Assembly: GCA_019429125.1 (NCBI GenBank)
Contig: JAHYJO010000001.1
Location: 7,088-71,087 of the forward strand
Direction: 5' to 3'
From: Nanobdellati archaeon
GTDB lineage: Archaea; EX4484-52; GLR71
DNA: 64,000 nt
A model generated the notes under the pieces. The model was not told where the DNA came from. It saw nothing but the letters and a program-made list of their open reading frames with translations, and made no database searches. The stretch's first letter is position 1, and the number at the start of each line of letters is the position of its first letter. Made by a program: the position numbers and the translations under genes. Of this stretch, positions 1-15,000 are shown piece after piece.

Positions 1-3000
1 TATGCGGTTGGGCCACAAAAGTGGAAATATGGACTTCTTAATAATCCTGCATATAATTCAACAAATTCTACTGAATTTTATTATAATATAACAACTGCAC
101 CGCTTGTGGTTATGCTTGAATCTCCTATAGGAGGTATTACATTTGAGAAAGGAGTGAACAATATTCTTCTTCGTGGTAATGTTAGTGATGATTGTGGTCT
201 TGTTAAAGGCGCTAACGTTGAAATTAATATTGTTAAAGATGAGACGACGTATGCAACGTGTAATCCTGCTGGGGACGAAAATACAGGGTGGTATAATTGT
301 ACAATTGTTAATACCACCCATAATACATGGCCAGTTGGTCTGTATAATATTACAATGAAAGCAGATAAAAAGTATTATAATGATTCTGAAATGTTAGTTG
401 TGGAAAATGCTTTCCGGCTTGTTATAAGACCTATATTGTCAAATCCTACTGCAACATCAATACAGGGTGGAAGTGTAGGTGGTTGGGGTGAGTTATGGGA
501 TTTTACTGTGGATATATCAGATCCAGATGGTGACAGTTCAAATGTATCATTTTGGATAAATCTAACGGGGTCATGGGAATTTATGGATTCAGTTATTTGG
601 GCACAAGGAAATCCTACTATAACTTTTTCAGGTAAGACATTTTCTTGTGCAGATGCGTTGGATCTTGGTGTGAAACAATATAAGTTCAATGTATCTGATG
701 ATTATAATTATACGAGTAATATTACATCAACAATGACAATTGAAAAAGATGATGTTTTTGTAAATCCAACAGCTACTGGAGGTCAGAGTGTTGACAGGAA
801 TGGTACTGTTACAATACTTCTTCAGACACAGATAATGGATATGGATAAAGCATATGCACCTGTAGGGTCTGGTGTGGATGGTATGACTTGGGTTACTGTT
901 AATGGTAGTGATCTTAGCAGTTATGATGGTGGTTATGGATTGCAGACAGATGCAAGTGGATATTTAAATTATAATTTTGATATAAACTGTTCTTATACAA
1001 CAGGTCAGCATGCATGGAAAGGTGGAACTTTTGCTAGTGTATGTTATAAGGACTCTATATCATCTACTATGTACTTTGATTCGTTAGGTAAATTATATAC
1101 TGATATTGAATTACCTGTGAATGGTTCAAATTATGGGACGGGTACACAAATAATAATGAGAGCTAATGTGACAAGTGAATGTGTTAATGAAGGTCTTATT
1201 GATTCTGAAGTGAAAGGGTTTGAATTTAAGAGTCCGTCTTCGTCATGGTATGGATGTTCACCTATAAATGAAGAGGAAGGTCTTGATACAGGATGGTATA
1301 ATTGTACTTGGGATTCAACATTTAAACAGCCCGGTAATTGGACAATAAGGACAAATGCGTCAAATGATACCTATTATACTGCAGTCAATACATGGGTTGA
1401 TTATTTTGAACTTCTTAATAATCCACCTAGTTATTCAGATATGAATGTTACACCAGATGCTGGTGCTTGGGGTACAGTTTATACTTTCAGTGTCAATTTC
1501 ACTGATTCTGATGCGGATACAGTTGATTGCGACCTTTATGTTACAACTGATAATGGTGCTACATGGAAACTCCGAAATTCAACAACACTTACAAGTCCTG
1601 CAGTTTGTAACTTGACTGTATCTGATTTTGATTGTGGGGATATTGGTAATGATAACTTTTTCAAGTTCGGTCTTGATGATGGTTATAATACAATAAATAC
1701 TACAAATATGAGTGGACCAAATATTACAGTTGATAATATTGAGATAATCTATGTTTATGGAAATGATAAAGATGTCAACAGGTCATATGGAATATTACCT
1801 CTTAAAGTTTATGTCAATGATACAACAAAAGGTAGTTTTGTGTCACCTAATGTGCCTGTATATTTCAATATAACAACTGATGGCGTTGCTTATAATTTAG
1901 AGGGTTCAAATGTAACGGTAAATGGTAACTCTACATATTCATTTATACCATCATGTTCATATTATGAAGGTGAACAGACTTGGTATGCTGAAGTGAATGA
2001 TTCTTGTTATATTCCAAAAAATACAACTGAATATAATCTGACAGTCTATGGTACATTAACTAATACACTTGATATACCAAATGGGGTTGAATATTTACCT
2101 AATAATAATATCACACTTCGTGCAAATGTTACAAGTGACTGTCCTGCAGAAGTCATGAATGATACGGATGTAACTTTCAGATATTTCAGGACTGGATATT
2201 CAAATACATGTACTGTTGAAAATGAATCTACAAGCTATTATAATTGTACATTTAATAACACTGGAATGTCACCTGGATATTATGATTTTGAAATGAATTC
2301 ATCAAAATCATTTTATAATACTGATTCAAGAGTATTTTCATATGTATATGGTATTTCATCTTTCTGGCTTGAGACTTTGCCTGTTCTTACAACACCAACT
2401 GTAAGTCCAGGTGTTGGTGGATGGGGGGAAACATTCTATTTCACTACAAATGCAACAGATAGAGATTTGGATACAATGACTGTCAGATTATGGTTGCGAA
2501 AGAAACCAGCCGGAAGTTGGGTTCAGAAGAATATAACAACGGTTCAAGGTATTAATCAGACCGTAAACCTATCTACAAGATTCCCAAGTGGAGGGGATAT
2601 GGGTGACTGGGAATTTAATTTTACAGTTACTGCAGATGATTCTTGGGATGTATATGGGACACAAAATGTATCGTTTACAGTTGAGGCAAATGATGTACGA
2701 ATTGAAATAATTTCTGGAAATGATTCTATTGTCAATAGATCTAGTCTTCCTGGCAACAGTAATCCTAATGTGACTTTTGGTGTGCGTGTCTTTGATGATG
2801 ATCTTAATGCACTCATTCCGTATTCTATAACTACAAGATTTTATGTGACAAAAGACGGTAGTAATTTCACGATATTGGCAACGCCACAAAATGAGACCAG
2901 TGAATTTTACGTCACACTAAATCCCGATTGCAGTTATGGTATAGGTCCTCAGATGTGGAAAGCATCAAGTGTCTTTTCAATGAACAGTTGGTATAAGCGG

Positions 3001-6000
3001 ATAAATACTTCAGATCAATATTTTAACATTACAACGGTTCCTCTGTCTACAGAGATATCTGAACCAGCAGGGATTACAACAGTCCGTGATATGGATAATA
3101 TATTGCTTCGTGCTAATGTAACAGATGAATGTGGTCTTGTAGTAGGTGCTAGTCCTGTAATTGTAGTTGAGAGATTAACAGTACCTTATTTTACTTGCCC
3201 AACAGATGGTTCTTTACAGTATGAAGGAAATGGATATTATAATTGTACAGTTCCGGCTGCATCAATGTCTGGTTGGCCAACAGGAAATTACGATGTCAAG
3301 ATTGATTCTTCAAAAGTATATTATAATTCATCTGAGACAAATATTAAAAATAATGCGTTCCGTCTTGTGACTGTGCCTAAAGTTGATAATACTGTCATAA
3401 CGTCTTTGAGTGCTACTGGTTCATCTGATTTCGGTTGGGGTGAAGACTGGACATTTACAGTTGATGTACTTGATGAAGATAATGATAATGTCAATGTATA
3501 TCTTTGGGCTAACCTTACTGGTAATTGGGAACTTTTGGATTCAACAACATGTACAAATTGTGGTGGAAGTACGCACACAATAGAATTTACAGGTCTTAAA
3601 TTCTTATGTACTCATATAGGTAACCGTGATTTCAAGTTCAATGTGTCTGATGATTATAGTTATACAAATGAGACAGTAGGTACATTTGATATAATAAAAG
3701 ATGATACAGTCACATATTATGGTATGGTTGGTGATTCATCACAGATTGATAGGGAAGGAAATGATGTTGAAATATTTTCTGTAAGAGTACGAGATATTGA
3801 TTTCAATGCTTATGTAGGTACAACAATACCTAATGCTACTGGTAAAATATTTGTGACAACAGATGGTGTAAGTTATGATGCTGGAACACAAAATCAGACA
3901 GATGTTTCTGGATATTTGTATTATACATTTAATCCAGATTGCAATTATCTTGTAGGTGCACAGAAATGGTATGGTGGACCAAGAGGTGATTCATGTTATA
4001 TGGATTCAGATTCATCAATGTTTGATACGACCATAACAGGACAGCTGAAGAGTTCAATTACAAATCCTGCATACAGTTCAAGTGTTCTTGTAGGTGATAT
4101 AGTTAATCTTAATTCAAGTGTATTTGATGAGTGTTTTGTGCCTGTGTCAGGTGTAACTATAACTCATCAGGCAGGTCCATTATCTGTTGACTTTGAAGAC
4201 ATTACACCAGTATCTGATGCAGGTGACGGATATTATAATTCTACTTGGGACACCATGTTCCATCAAGGTGGCAATTGGAGTTTTATGCTAAATGCCAGTA
4301 AGATTAATTATTATAGTAATTCAACAGTGTATGAGGAATGGTTATATCTGGATAATACTCCTCCTGTTGTTGAAAATTTCACTGTATCACCTACTATTGA
4401 AGGTTGGGGTCATGTATACACTTATGATGCACAGATGTACGATATACAACAGGATAATATCACTTGTGATCTTTATGTAAGTACAGATAATGGTGTGTCT
4501 TGGGTATTGAAAAATAGTACATTCATTGAGACTGTTTCAACTTTAGGTGTGGCTAATTGTACATTGTCATTATCTAACTTTGATTGTTCTGAAATTGGTA
4601 CTGATAATCAGTATAAGTTCCAGATAGATGATGGTACAAATGTATTTAATACAAGTTCAATATCTGGACCAAATATTACAAAAGATACGGTGTCTATTGA
4701 TTATGTTTTCGGTAATGATTCAATTGTCAACAGGTCTGGTAGTCAGACTACTTTATTTTCTGCACGAGTTCTTGATTCTGATAAGGGAAGTATACCAGTA
4801 ATGACCGGTTCTTCAGTCACTTTCTGGACAACTTATGATAATGTGGTTTATGATTTAGGATATGTAATATCAACTAATAGTACTGGTTATGCAAATTATA
4901 ATTTCAATCCGGTATGCAATCCTGTAAAGTATGAGGTTGGATTACAATATTGGAGTGCTGGCGTGACTGATTCTTGTTATAGCAGTATCAATACAAGCAG
5001 TAATTATACAACTATAATCTATGGTTCAATGGATAATCAGATATTATTACCTCTTGGAACTAAGTTTATTTCAGGGATAGATAATGTTACAATTAGGTCA
5101 AATGTTACAAGTGATTGCAGTGTCGAGGAGACTATGAATGAAACACTTGTAAATTTCACAATGACTTCACTTTATACCGGGACACCTTACGGTTGTACAA
5201 CTGAAGTGTATAATGAATCAACCGGGTATTATAATTGTACATTTGAGACTGTGGGAAAAGAGCCTCGTGAATATAACATAACTATGAATGCAACAAAAGA
5301 GTATTATATTACTAATATTACAACGATGACATATTTAGCTAGTGTGTCATCATTCCGTATAGAAAATGTTCCTTTCATGACAGCACCTGTTGTAAGTCCT
5401 GGTGTTGGTGGATGGGGTGAAACATTCTTTTTTACTACAAATGTGACTGATGCAGATAATGATAGTATGACTGTCAGATTATGGTTGCGAAAGATTTCGG
5501 GTGGTAGTTGGGTTCAGAAGAATATAACAACGGTTCAAGGTATTAATCAGACTGTTAATCTTTCAACAACATTTGTAAGCGGTAATGATATTGGTGACTG
5601 GGAATTTAATTTCACAGTGACTGCAGATGACTCTTGGGATGTTTATGGAACTGAGAATGTATCATTTATTGTGGAACCAAATGATGTACGGATTGAAATA
5701 ATTTCAGGAAATGATTCAATAGTTAACAGGTCAAGTCTGCCTGGTAACAGCAATCCTAATGTGACTTTTGTCGTAAAGATATATGATGATGACAGAAATG
5801 TTTTAATTAATATTCCGATACAAACACGATTTTATGTTACAAAAGATGGTAGTAATTTTGTGACACTTGGAGATATATCAAACAATAGCGGATATTTCTT
5901 TGCGACTCTTAATCCTGATTGCACATATGCTGTAGGTCCACAGATGTGGAAAGTAGCAAGTGTATTTTCAGGGAGCAGTTGGTATAAATTGGCAAATTCA

Positions 6001-9000
6001 TCAAATCTGAATTTTAACATAACTACAATACCTTTAGCTACGGAACTTTCAGAACCGTTTGGTATTACAAGAGTTCGTAGTGTGGATGATATATTGCTCC
6101 GTGCTAATGTTACAGATGAGTGCGGTCTTGTGTCTGGTGCAAGTCTTGAATTTTTTGTAGACCAGTCAGCAATACCTTATTTTACATGTCCATCAGACAG
6201 TACATTAAATGATGAAAATGATGGGTATTATAATTGCACAATACCTGCTGAATCTACGTCTGGTTGGTCAACAGGGGATTATAATATAAATTATACTGTA
6301 TCAAAAGTGTATTACAATTCATCAGATATTATCATGGAAAATGATGCATTCCGTCTTGTTACAGTTCCTCAAGTAAGCAATCCAGTAATTACTACTTTGA
6401 CTTCTATAGGTTATTCTGATTTTGGATGGGGTGAGGACTGGACATTTGAGGTTGATGTTTTAGATTCTGATCAGGACAATGTCAATGTGTATCTATGGGT
6501 AAACCTTACTGGAGAATGGGAACTTTTGGATTCAACAGTCTGTACAAATTGTGGAACTACACAAACAATCAGTTTTGGAGGTCATGGCTTTTCATGTAGT
6601 AATATAGGTAATCGTGATTTTAAGTTCAATGTGTCTGATGATTATTCATACACGAATTATACTGTTGGTACATTTGACATAATAAAGGATGATACTATAA
6701 CATATTATGGTGGTCTGGGAGATTTATCACAGATAGATAGGGAAGGTAGTGATTTTGAGACTCTTACAGTACAAATATTTGATGCTGATTATAATGATTA
6801 TGTAGGTTCTTCAATCCCTATTGCTACTGGGAAAATATTTGTGACTACAGATGGTGTAAATTATGATATAGGAACATCAAATCAGACAGATGCTTCGGGG
6901 TACCTGTATTATATGTTTAATCCAGATTGCTCATATCTTGTAGGAAATCAAAAGTGGAAAGGTGGGTCAAAAGGTGATGCATGTTATGTAGATTCGGATT
7001 CATCAATGTTTGATATGACTATAACAGGACAGCTGAAGAGTTCAATTACAAATCCCGTATACAGTTCAAGTGTACTTGTGGGAGATAGCATAAATTTAAA
7101 TGCAAGTATATTTGATGAGTGTCTTATACTGGTACCTGGTGTAACTATAACTCATCAGGCGGTTTCACCATCTCTTGAATTTGAAGAGATTTTACCTGTA
7201 TCAGATTCCGGTGTAGGATATTATAATTCTACATTTGATACTATGTTCCATCAAGGTGGCAATTGGAGCTTTATGATAAATTCCAGTAAGGTTAATTATT
7301 ACAGTAATTCAACGTTGTTTTCTAATTGGACATACTTGAATAATACACCACCTACTGTTGAAAACTTTACAGTGTCGCCAGATGAGGATGGTTGGGGGCG
7401 TGTCTACAGTTATGAGGCACAAATCTTTGATACTCAGATGGATAATATAACTTGTGACCTTTATGTAAGCACAAATGGTGGTGCAATTTGGACACTTAAA
7501 AACAGTACATTTATTGAGACTGTTCCAACATCCGGATTTGCAAATTGTATATTATCATTATCTAATTTTGATTGTTCTGAAATTGGTACAGATAATTTGT
7601 ATAAATTCCAGATATTTGATGGTACAAATAAGTTTAACACCAGCGAGATATCTGGACCAAATCTTACAAAAGATACGGTGTCTATTGATTATGTATTCGG
7701 TAATGATTCAATTGTCAACAGGTCTGGTAGTCAGACTACTTTATTTTCTGCACGAGTTCTTGATTCTGATAAGGGAAGTATACCAGTAATGACCGGTTCT
7801 TCAGTCACTTTCTGGACAACTTATGATAATGTGAATTATAATACTGGAAGTGTGATATCAACAAATTCTACAGGTTATGCAACATATCAGTTTAATCCAA
7901 CTTGCAGTCCTGTAAATTATGAGGTTGGTCCACAGTATTGGAAAGCAGGTGTTACTGATTCTTGTTATGCACAGATAAATTTCACTCAAGATAATTATAC
8001 AACAACTGTTATGGGGGATATTATTAATACTATTGAAAATCCATTTTATGGTACAGAATATTTGCGTGGTGAGAATGTAACTGTAAGAAGTATATCTACA
8101 CCAACAATAATGGATGATTGTACTGCGAGTCTTTTAAATATTGATAATAGTATAATATTTTATAATGAGAATGGTGTGGCTAATTATTCCTGTATTACTA
8201 ATGAGGTTGGCGGAGGATATTACGAGTGCATAAGAAATACTACAGATATGGTTGCTAGATGGTATGATACTGAGATGGTATCATGGGAAACATATTATAA
8301 TAACGGGACTGTACTTCTACAAAATCATATATTTGTAAAGACAGCACCTAATATGACTGATGAAACTGCAATTACAAGTGTTGGAGGATGGGGTGAAACA
8401 TTCTATTTCTCTGTCAATGTGACTGATGAGGATTTAGATAATGTTACATTGAATCTGTATATAAAAAATACTGCATCAGGACCATTTGGTATTTGGGGCG
8501 CACCTAAAAACAGCACTATTCTTTATAGTCCTCAAGGAGAATATGCAGTATTGTCATGGAGTGATGCGCCTTATTGTACTATCGGCACTTGGGAATATAA
8601 ATTTGAAGCAATAGATACACATGGAGATACAACATTTACAGATGCACATAATTTCACGATTGAAAAGGATGATGTTGAAGTTCTATATTCTGTGGGTGAT
8701 GGCTCTTATGTTTGGAGGAATGGGTCTGATAGTACAACATTAACATTGGATATTGTTGATTCTGATAGAGGTAACATCTCTGTTGGGACAGGTACTTCTG
8801 CACGGTTCTGGGTGACTACAAATGCAAATGATTCTAGTTCATGGGATCTTGGAAAAGATACGGCAACATTGGAGGGGGCAATAGAATATTACTTTATGAA
8901 TCAGTTCCCTGATGGAGGTCAAAAATGTGATTATACTGTCGGTATCCAGAAATGGAAAGGCGGGACATTAAATGATATCTGTTATAAGGATCAGAATTCG

Positions 9001-12000
9001 ACGGAATATGATTTGTCTGTAAATTCAAGTTTGGTGCCTAACATAACAAATGTATACAGCCAGGGATATTTGAGAGGGGATTATATACCACTTCTTACAT
9101 CTGTAACAGATGATTGTGGTTCTGTTTCGAATGTTACACTATCATATGCTCTTTTGAACATGCCAAACCAGTATGTTTGTAGCAAACAAAGCAATGTGGG
9201 GTGGAATGAGAGTGATGGGGATTATAATTGCACTTGGGATTCTACAAACAAACCATATAAATGGTATAATGTTATTGCAACAGTTTCAAAAGAATTTTTT
9301 GTAACTAATATGACTTCAGGTAATGATAGGTTCTTTTTAGGTGTAACACCACAGCTTGATTCGTTAGCTGTAGCTCCTAAGATTGGTGGTTGGGGAGAAA
9401 ATCATCAGTTTAGTGTAAGGTTAACAAGTTTTGATCTTGCAACAAATAATGTATCATTGTGGAAAAGTTTTGATAATGTGTCTTGGGACCTTGTTAACTG
9501 GCAGACTGTTATTATGCCTATAGGCCAGTGGGTATATTTCAATGAAAGGTTCACATGTAATGATTACCTTACACCACCATCAGGTCTGAATTATTATAAG
9601 ATAATATCTAAAAATGTTTTCGGGTTCAGTACTGAAACGCCAGTATATAATTATACGCTTAATTATGATAATGTTACTTTGAGTATAACTCCTGCAAGCA
9701 ACGATACTGTTCGTCGACTGGGAGTGACAAATGCGTTATTTGAGGCAAGAATATATGATACTGACTATGGTATTTATCAGAATAATACAGATGCTAACAT
9801 ATGGGTCACAAAAGATGGTAGTGTATTTGATTATAATGAGTCCTGTTCATCTCTTGATGGTTATTGCAGAATAAATTATGACCCTCAATGTGATAGTGAT
9901 GCAGGAGTGCAGAAATGGAAGATAGAAGTGTATGATTTATGTTATCAGAATATCAATTCAACAAATGTCACAGTATCTGTAATTGGGCAACTGTACAGTA
10001 ATGTAGCCAGTCCAGAACAAAATGATATCCTTAACTTAAATACGACTATCAACTTAAATACAACTGTCTATGATGAGTGTGGTAATAATATAGTTGATGC
10101 ATCTGTTTATTGGTATAATAGTGTTCCTGTATCTATTGCTTCAGGATATGATACAACCTGGAATGTTCCATTAAGCTATACAAAAGGTCCAGAGAGTATA
10201 ATTACAAATTCAACTAGGCAATATTATGATAATGGTACAAATATGACTGATGTCTATGTGTATGGTTGGAGCATAATATCATCAATGTCACCACTTGACC
10301 TTTCAAGTTATCTTGCAGGATATGATGTGCCTGTACAATGTACTGTGACTGATGCCAATACTACTAGCAACCTTACGAATTATAATGTAAGCTTTTACAA
10401 AAATGATGTGTTCCAGGATTCAAATATGACCGATTCAAACGGGACTGCTGTATGGACTTGGGTTACTGATTTAGAACCTTATGGTTGGTATAACCTTAGT
10501 TGCATGATATCAAATGATGATACTTTGTATTATACTCCTGCAGTGGCTCAGATGAATACTACTGTTAGAGTGAACAGAACATTGATGATACAAAGTATAG
10601 TACTTTCTAATCCCGACATTTATCGGAATGATTCATTTGCACCTTATGATACAAACATAACTGTCAATATATATGATGCACTATTTGGGCCTGCAGATAA
10701 TGCAGATGTATGGTTCTATAATTCAACTGGATTTATAGACAATTGTACAACTGATGTGGCTGGCAATTGTTATATCAGTTATAATGCGCCTGATAATATT
10801 ACACCTCAAGGATATGCGGTCTATGTCAATTCAACAAAAGCTGGGCTTGAAGATTCAATAACTGACAATACAATAATAGGTGTATACGGTATATATTATA
10901 TCAACATTACGGAACCTGATAATGGTAGTTCTTGGAGTAAGGCAATAATATTAAACCTTTCATCGTATATTGAAAATGAGAATGGATATGTTGATACTGC
11001 AACTGTTAATTGGTATATTGATTCTGGATTTGTTGCAACTGGACAAAATACTACATCTCCACTTATTTCACAGTTGCCGGGACCTAAAATATTGCAATCA
11101 AATGCTACACGACCATATTATATTACGGGTACTGATAATATCTTATTGAATATAAATGGTCTTGTTGATGTCATGTGGTGGTATCCTCTTAACGGTTCCA
11201 AACAAGCATATCCTGGGTCTTTTGATGTCCAGTGTCTTGTGAAAGATAACACATCTGGTGTGTCGGTTGTAGGTTATGCTGTGGATTTCTGGTACTGGAA
11301 CGGTTCAGATTATGTTTATAATGGGACCTATACAACAAATGAATTAGGTATTGCTGGTTATACATGGTATCCTGAATCAAAAGGTGTTCTTGATTTCAAG
11401 TGTAATATAACAGATAATGCTACTGTGTTTTATTCGCCAAACATTGGTGACGATATTGCCACAATAATAGTTGAGGATATAAATCCACCTGTTATATCTA
11501 ATGTGAGCATAATTCTAAATAGTACACTTGAAGCAAATCTTAATTATACAAATATAACTGCTGTTGTGATAGATGATGTGTTTGTATATTCAGTTATTGC
11601 GAGCATTACTCTTCCTAACGGTACAATAGTTAACGAAACTATGAGTAATGTATTCAATGATACTTATCGTGTTGAATATTTACCCCCTGTCGGTGGAAAT
11701 TATTCAGTAGATATAGTTGCAAGTGATTCTCCACCTGAAAATAATACCAATATTGTGTATGCTGGAGATTTTTCAGTATGGGGTACGGCGGATATTATTG
11801 GGGAGAGGACAGATGAATATGTAGCATTTGGTATAACTCAAGTATCTGATGAATCATTTGTGTTGACTGTAAATGCAACAAATAATGGTCCTGCAACAGC
11901 TTATGATGTGTCAATAACAGTTTTAGAAGACCCTATCGGTACTGTGACTTATAATACAACAAATTATGAGTGTGGTAATTTGAGTGTAGGGGTAATGTGT

Positions 12001-15000
12001 TCAAGGGATTTCCTTGTGACAGTACCTTCAAAGACTGCTCCGCAACTTATAACGGTATACAGTACAATATGGTGGGATAATCCTGATAAGACACCTAATT
12101 CAACAGTTGGTATTACTTTAATTGATGTTGCATCAAATCCTGTAGTAGATATACTTGAGATATTTATACAAAATCAGACAAAACATGGAGAAACAACAAT
12201 AATAGGAACATTGACTGTAAGTTCAGCAGGAAATGATTATGTAGATAATATTGTATTATCTAAAGTAGGAATTATATTAGATCTTTCGTGTCCATTATGT
12301 AACTTGACAATGTCAAAACAAGTTGAAGAGACATTACCTGCCGGAGAATTTTTCACATCTGTAATATCAATAGATGTTCCATATGGTCAGAGTGCAGGGG
12401 ATTATTGGACATATATATCTGCTAAATCAGATAATGCAGCACAGGATTTGGTTATTGTTAATGCAACTGTACCACTTGATGTCACTTGGGAAAGAGAACC
12501 GTCCACCTTTGGAACGATTCTTGCTCTTGTAAATACAACTACTACTCAAATTGGTGTTATTTCTACTAAGAATAATGGTAATTCTGAACGAAATTTGATT
12601 GTTCAATCTGGTGGTAATGGTTCATTATTTATTACAAAAAGTCCAAACTCATCCTCATTGGGCATTGGTGCTTCAAGAAATGTAACTCTTAATTATTCTA
12701 TTCCTGCGCTAACAACGCAGGGTATGTATTATGTACAGATACACATAAGGGAATCATCAGCTAATCCATCTGATGCAATTACTGATTTCTGGCTCAATGT
12801 GACTGACTTACCTCCTGTAATATCTAATGTGTCTATCAAGCCTCGCGGGTATGAACCCGATGTAGGATATTCAAATATATCTGCTGTGGTGATAGATAAT
12901 GTTTTAGTCTCACATGTATGGTTGAATTCAACAAAGCCAAACGGTACAGATGAGATATATTATTTTACTTTGAATGGAAGTGATGCTTATCTTAATTACA
13001 GTGAGAATGAGACTGGAGTTCATAAGGTTGTTATATGTGCAAATGATTCTGCAAATCTTATCAGTTGCACTATGATTTATGATATTAGTGTTATGGTTAA
13101 TACAACAGTTGTTACAGAAACAAACATAACTAATACAACAATTTATGGTATCATGCTTGATACGGGACTTAATGTATCATTTAATTTCACAACACTTAAT
13201 GATGGGTATTCAAGAGCACTTGATGTAAATACATCTGTTTTGTATCCAGTTTTATGGAATGTGTCACCATCAGAGTTTAATATGGGTGACATAATTTTGA
13301 TGCCTTATCAAGGTGAAGCATTACTTTTAATACCCGCTGATGTTATTGGTGAGTATTATATTAATTTTACATCTAACTGGACTAATTATGACGGTTCAAA
13401 TGATACACTTATGACACCTATAAGGATTGTAATCGGGTCTAATCCTGCACTTAATGTAACTGATATGCCTGCGTCATTTGTGATTGAAAGCGGTAAAACT
13501 CTAAGTACTAATTTGACTTTGAAGTCAATTGGTAATGATATTGCAAAAAGTATAGCGTTTAATTGTACGGAGGGGGTTGTATGTTCTGAGTTTAATGTAT
13601 CTTTCAATCCACTAGTAATAGTAAATTTAACTAAAGGCAACAGTACGAATTTCACAATTAATATATCCGTTCCGCTTGGGTATTTAGCGGGGGTATATGA
13701 TGGTGTATTTACTGTATATGAATCAAAGACAAATTTATCTGTGAATATCACCGTTGTAATTCCTGCTAACTTGACATGGGAACATAATCCTGTCATAATC
13801 TCAAAAAATGTAATTGCAAATAGGACTGGTAATTTTGGTTCTGTCAGAGTGTCCAACATGGGCAATATACCTTTGACAGTTTCGGCAATATCTACAAATA
13901 CAACAATTTTTACAATAAATGAGAGTAGTATTAATTTGCCATTGGGAGATTACTATGATGCCATGATTAATTATAGTGCACCCGAAGTATTCAGCCTTGT
14001 CACATATTCAGCATATTTCAGGACAACTAATATAACAGCTTTACCTTCTGATAGGGAAACATTCTTGAATATAACTATATATCCATTGTATTTAGATATA
14101 ATTACTCCAACAACTGTGGTTCCTAAACTAAATGTCTCAAAAGGCAAAAATATAACTGCAATATTTAATCTTACTTATAGTCTTGTGCCTGTTTCTGAGA
14201 ATGTTACATGGCAGATAAATCTGACAAAGGATAGCACATCTTTTTCAGTAAATATTACACCTGAAAATATTAATTATTCAGCAATATCTGGTCTTTGGAC
14301 AATTAATTTCACCGCACCTGATATCCTTGCAGGAGTTGCTTATGACCTTGTTGCAATTGTATTTGATGAGATAAATAATATTGAGATAATTTCGGTTGAG
14401 AAAAAGGCAATAATTTATACAGATACAATTCCACCACTACTTTTTGTTGATTTATTTTCAAATATAATTAATGGTAGTGTTATACCAATTTATGTAAATA
14501 CAACAGACGTTGGTGGTATGGATTATGTGTCAGTTGAAATAACAACACCAAATGGTACTATTTTTGCATATAATGCAACTCTTTTAGATTCTGTTGGAAA
14601 TGATTATTTCTATAATCTTGACTTTATAGAAACATCAGTTTTGGGTGCTTATCCTGTAGCTATAAGTGCGTATGATCTTTCAAGTAATGTAAATACTACA
14701 AATGTAATATTCAATGCTTATCTACCTTCATATTTCAGAGGTTATTCTTATGATCTTGAAAGTGTGGATAATGAAACAGTAGTCTCTGCAGAATTCAAGT
14801 TGTATAAACATGATGAATCTGTATTGATGCATAATTTTTGGTCAGATAATGTGACTGGTCTTTATAATGAAAGTGTGTATGTCCGGTTATATGATGTCGT
14901 TGTTGACGTATTGAATTTGACTTTAACTTTCGATGATTTCAGTATGCCTCTTGGTGGAATTTTCAATCCATTGGTGTTTGGTGATATACCAATTGCACTT

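Larger units (their letters stand above)
1..8370 (+). repeat. Intragenic super-repeat with a period of about 2,988 bp (996 codons), each made of three ~330-aa modules. About 2.8 copies (a partial copy at 1-2390, then 2390-5380 and 5380-8370), with further diverged copies to about 11.4 kb.
   Basis: Recurring motif blocks at fixed spacing: GGWGE(T/L/D)(F/W)xF, ILLRANVTDECGLV, YYNCT, NAFRLV, FKFNVSDDYSYTN, IIKDD, C(S/N)Y..G.QxWK, DSCY. For example nt 2401-2460 vs 5391-5450 are roughly 87% identical. Confidence 0.8.
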
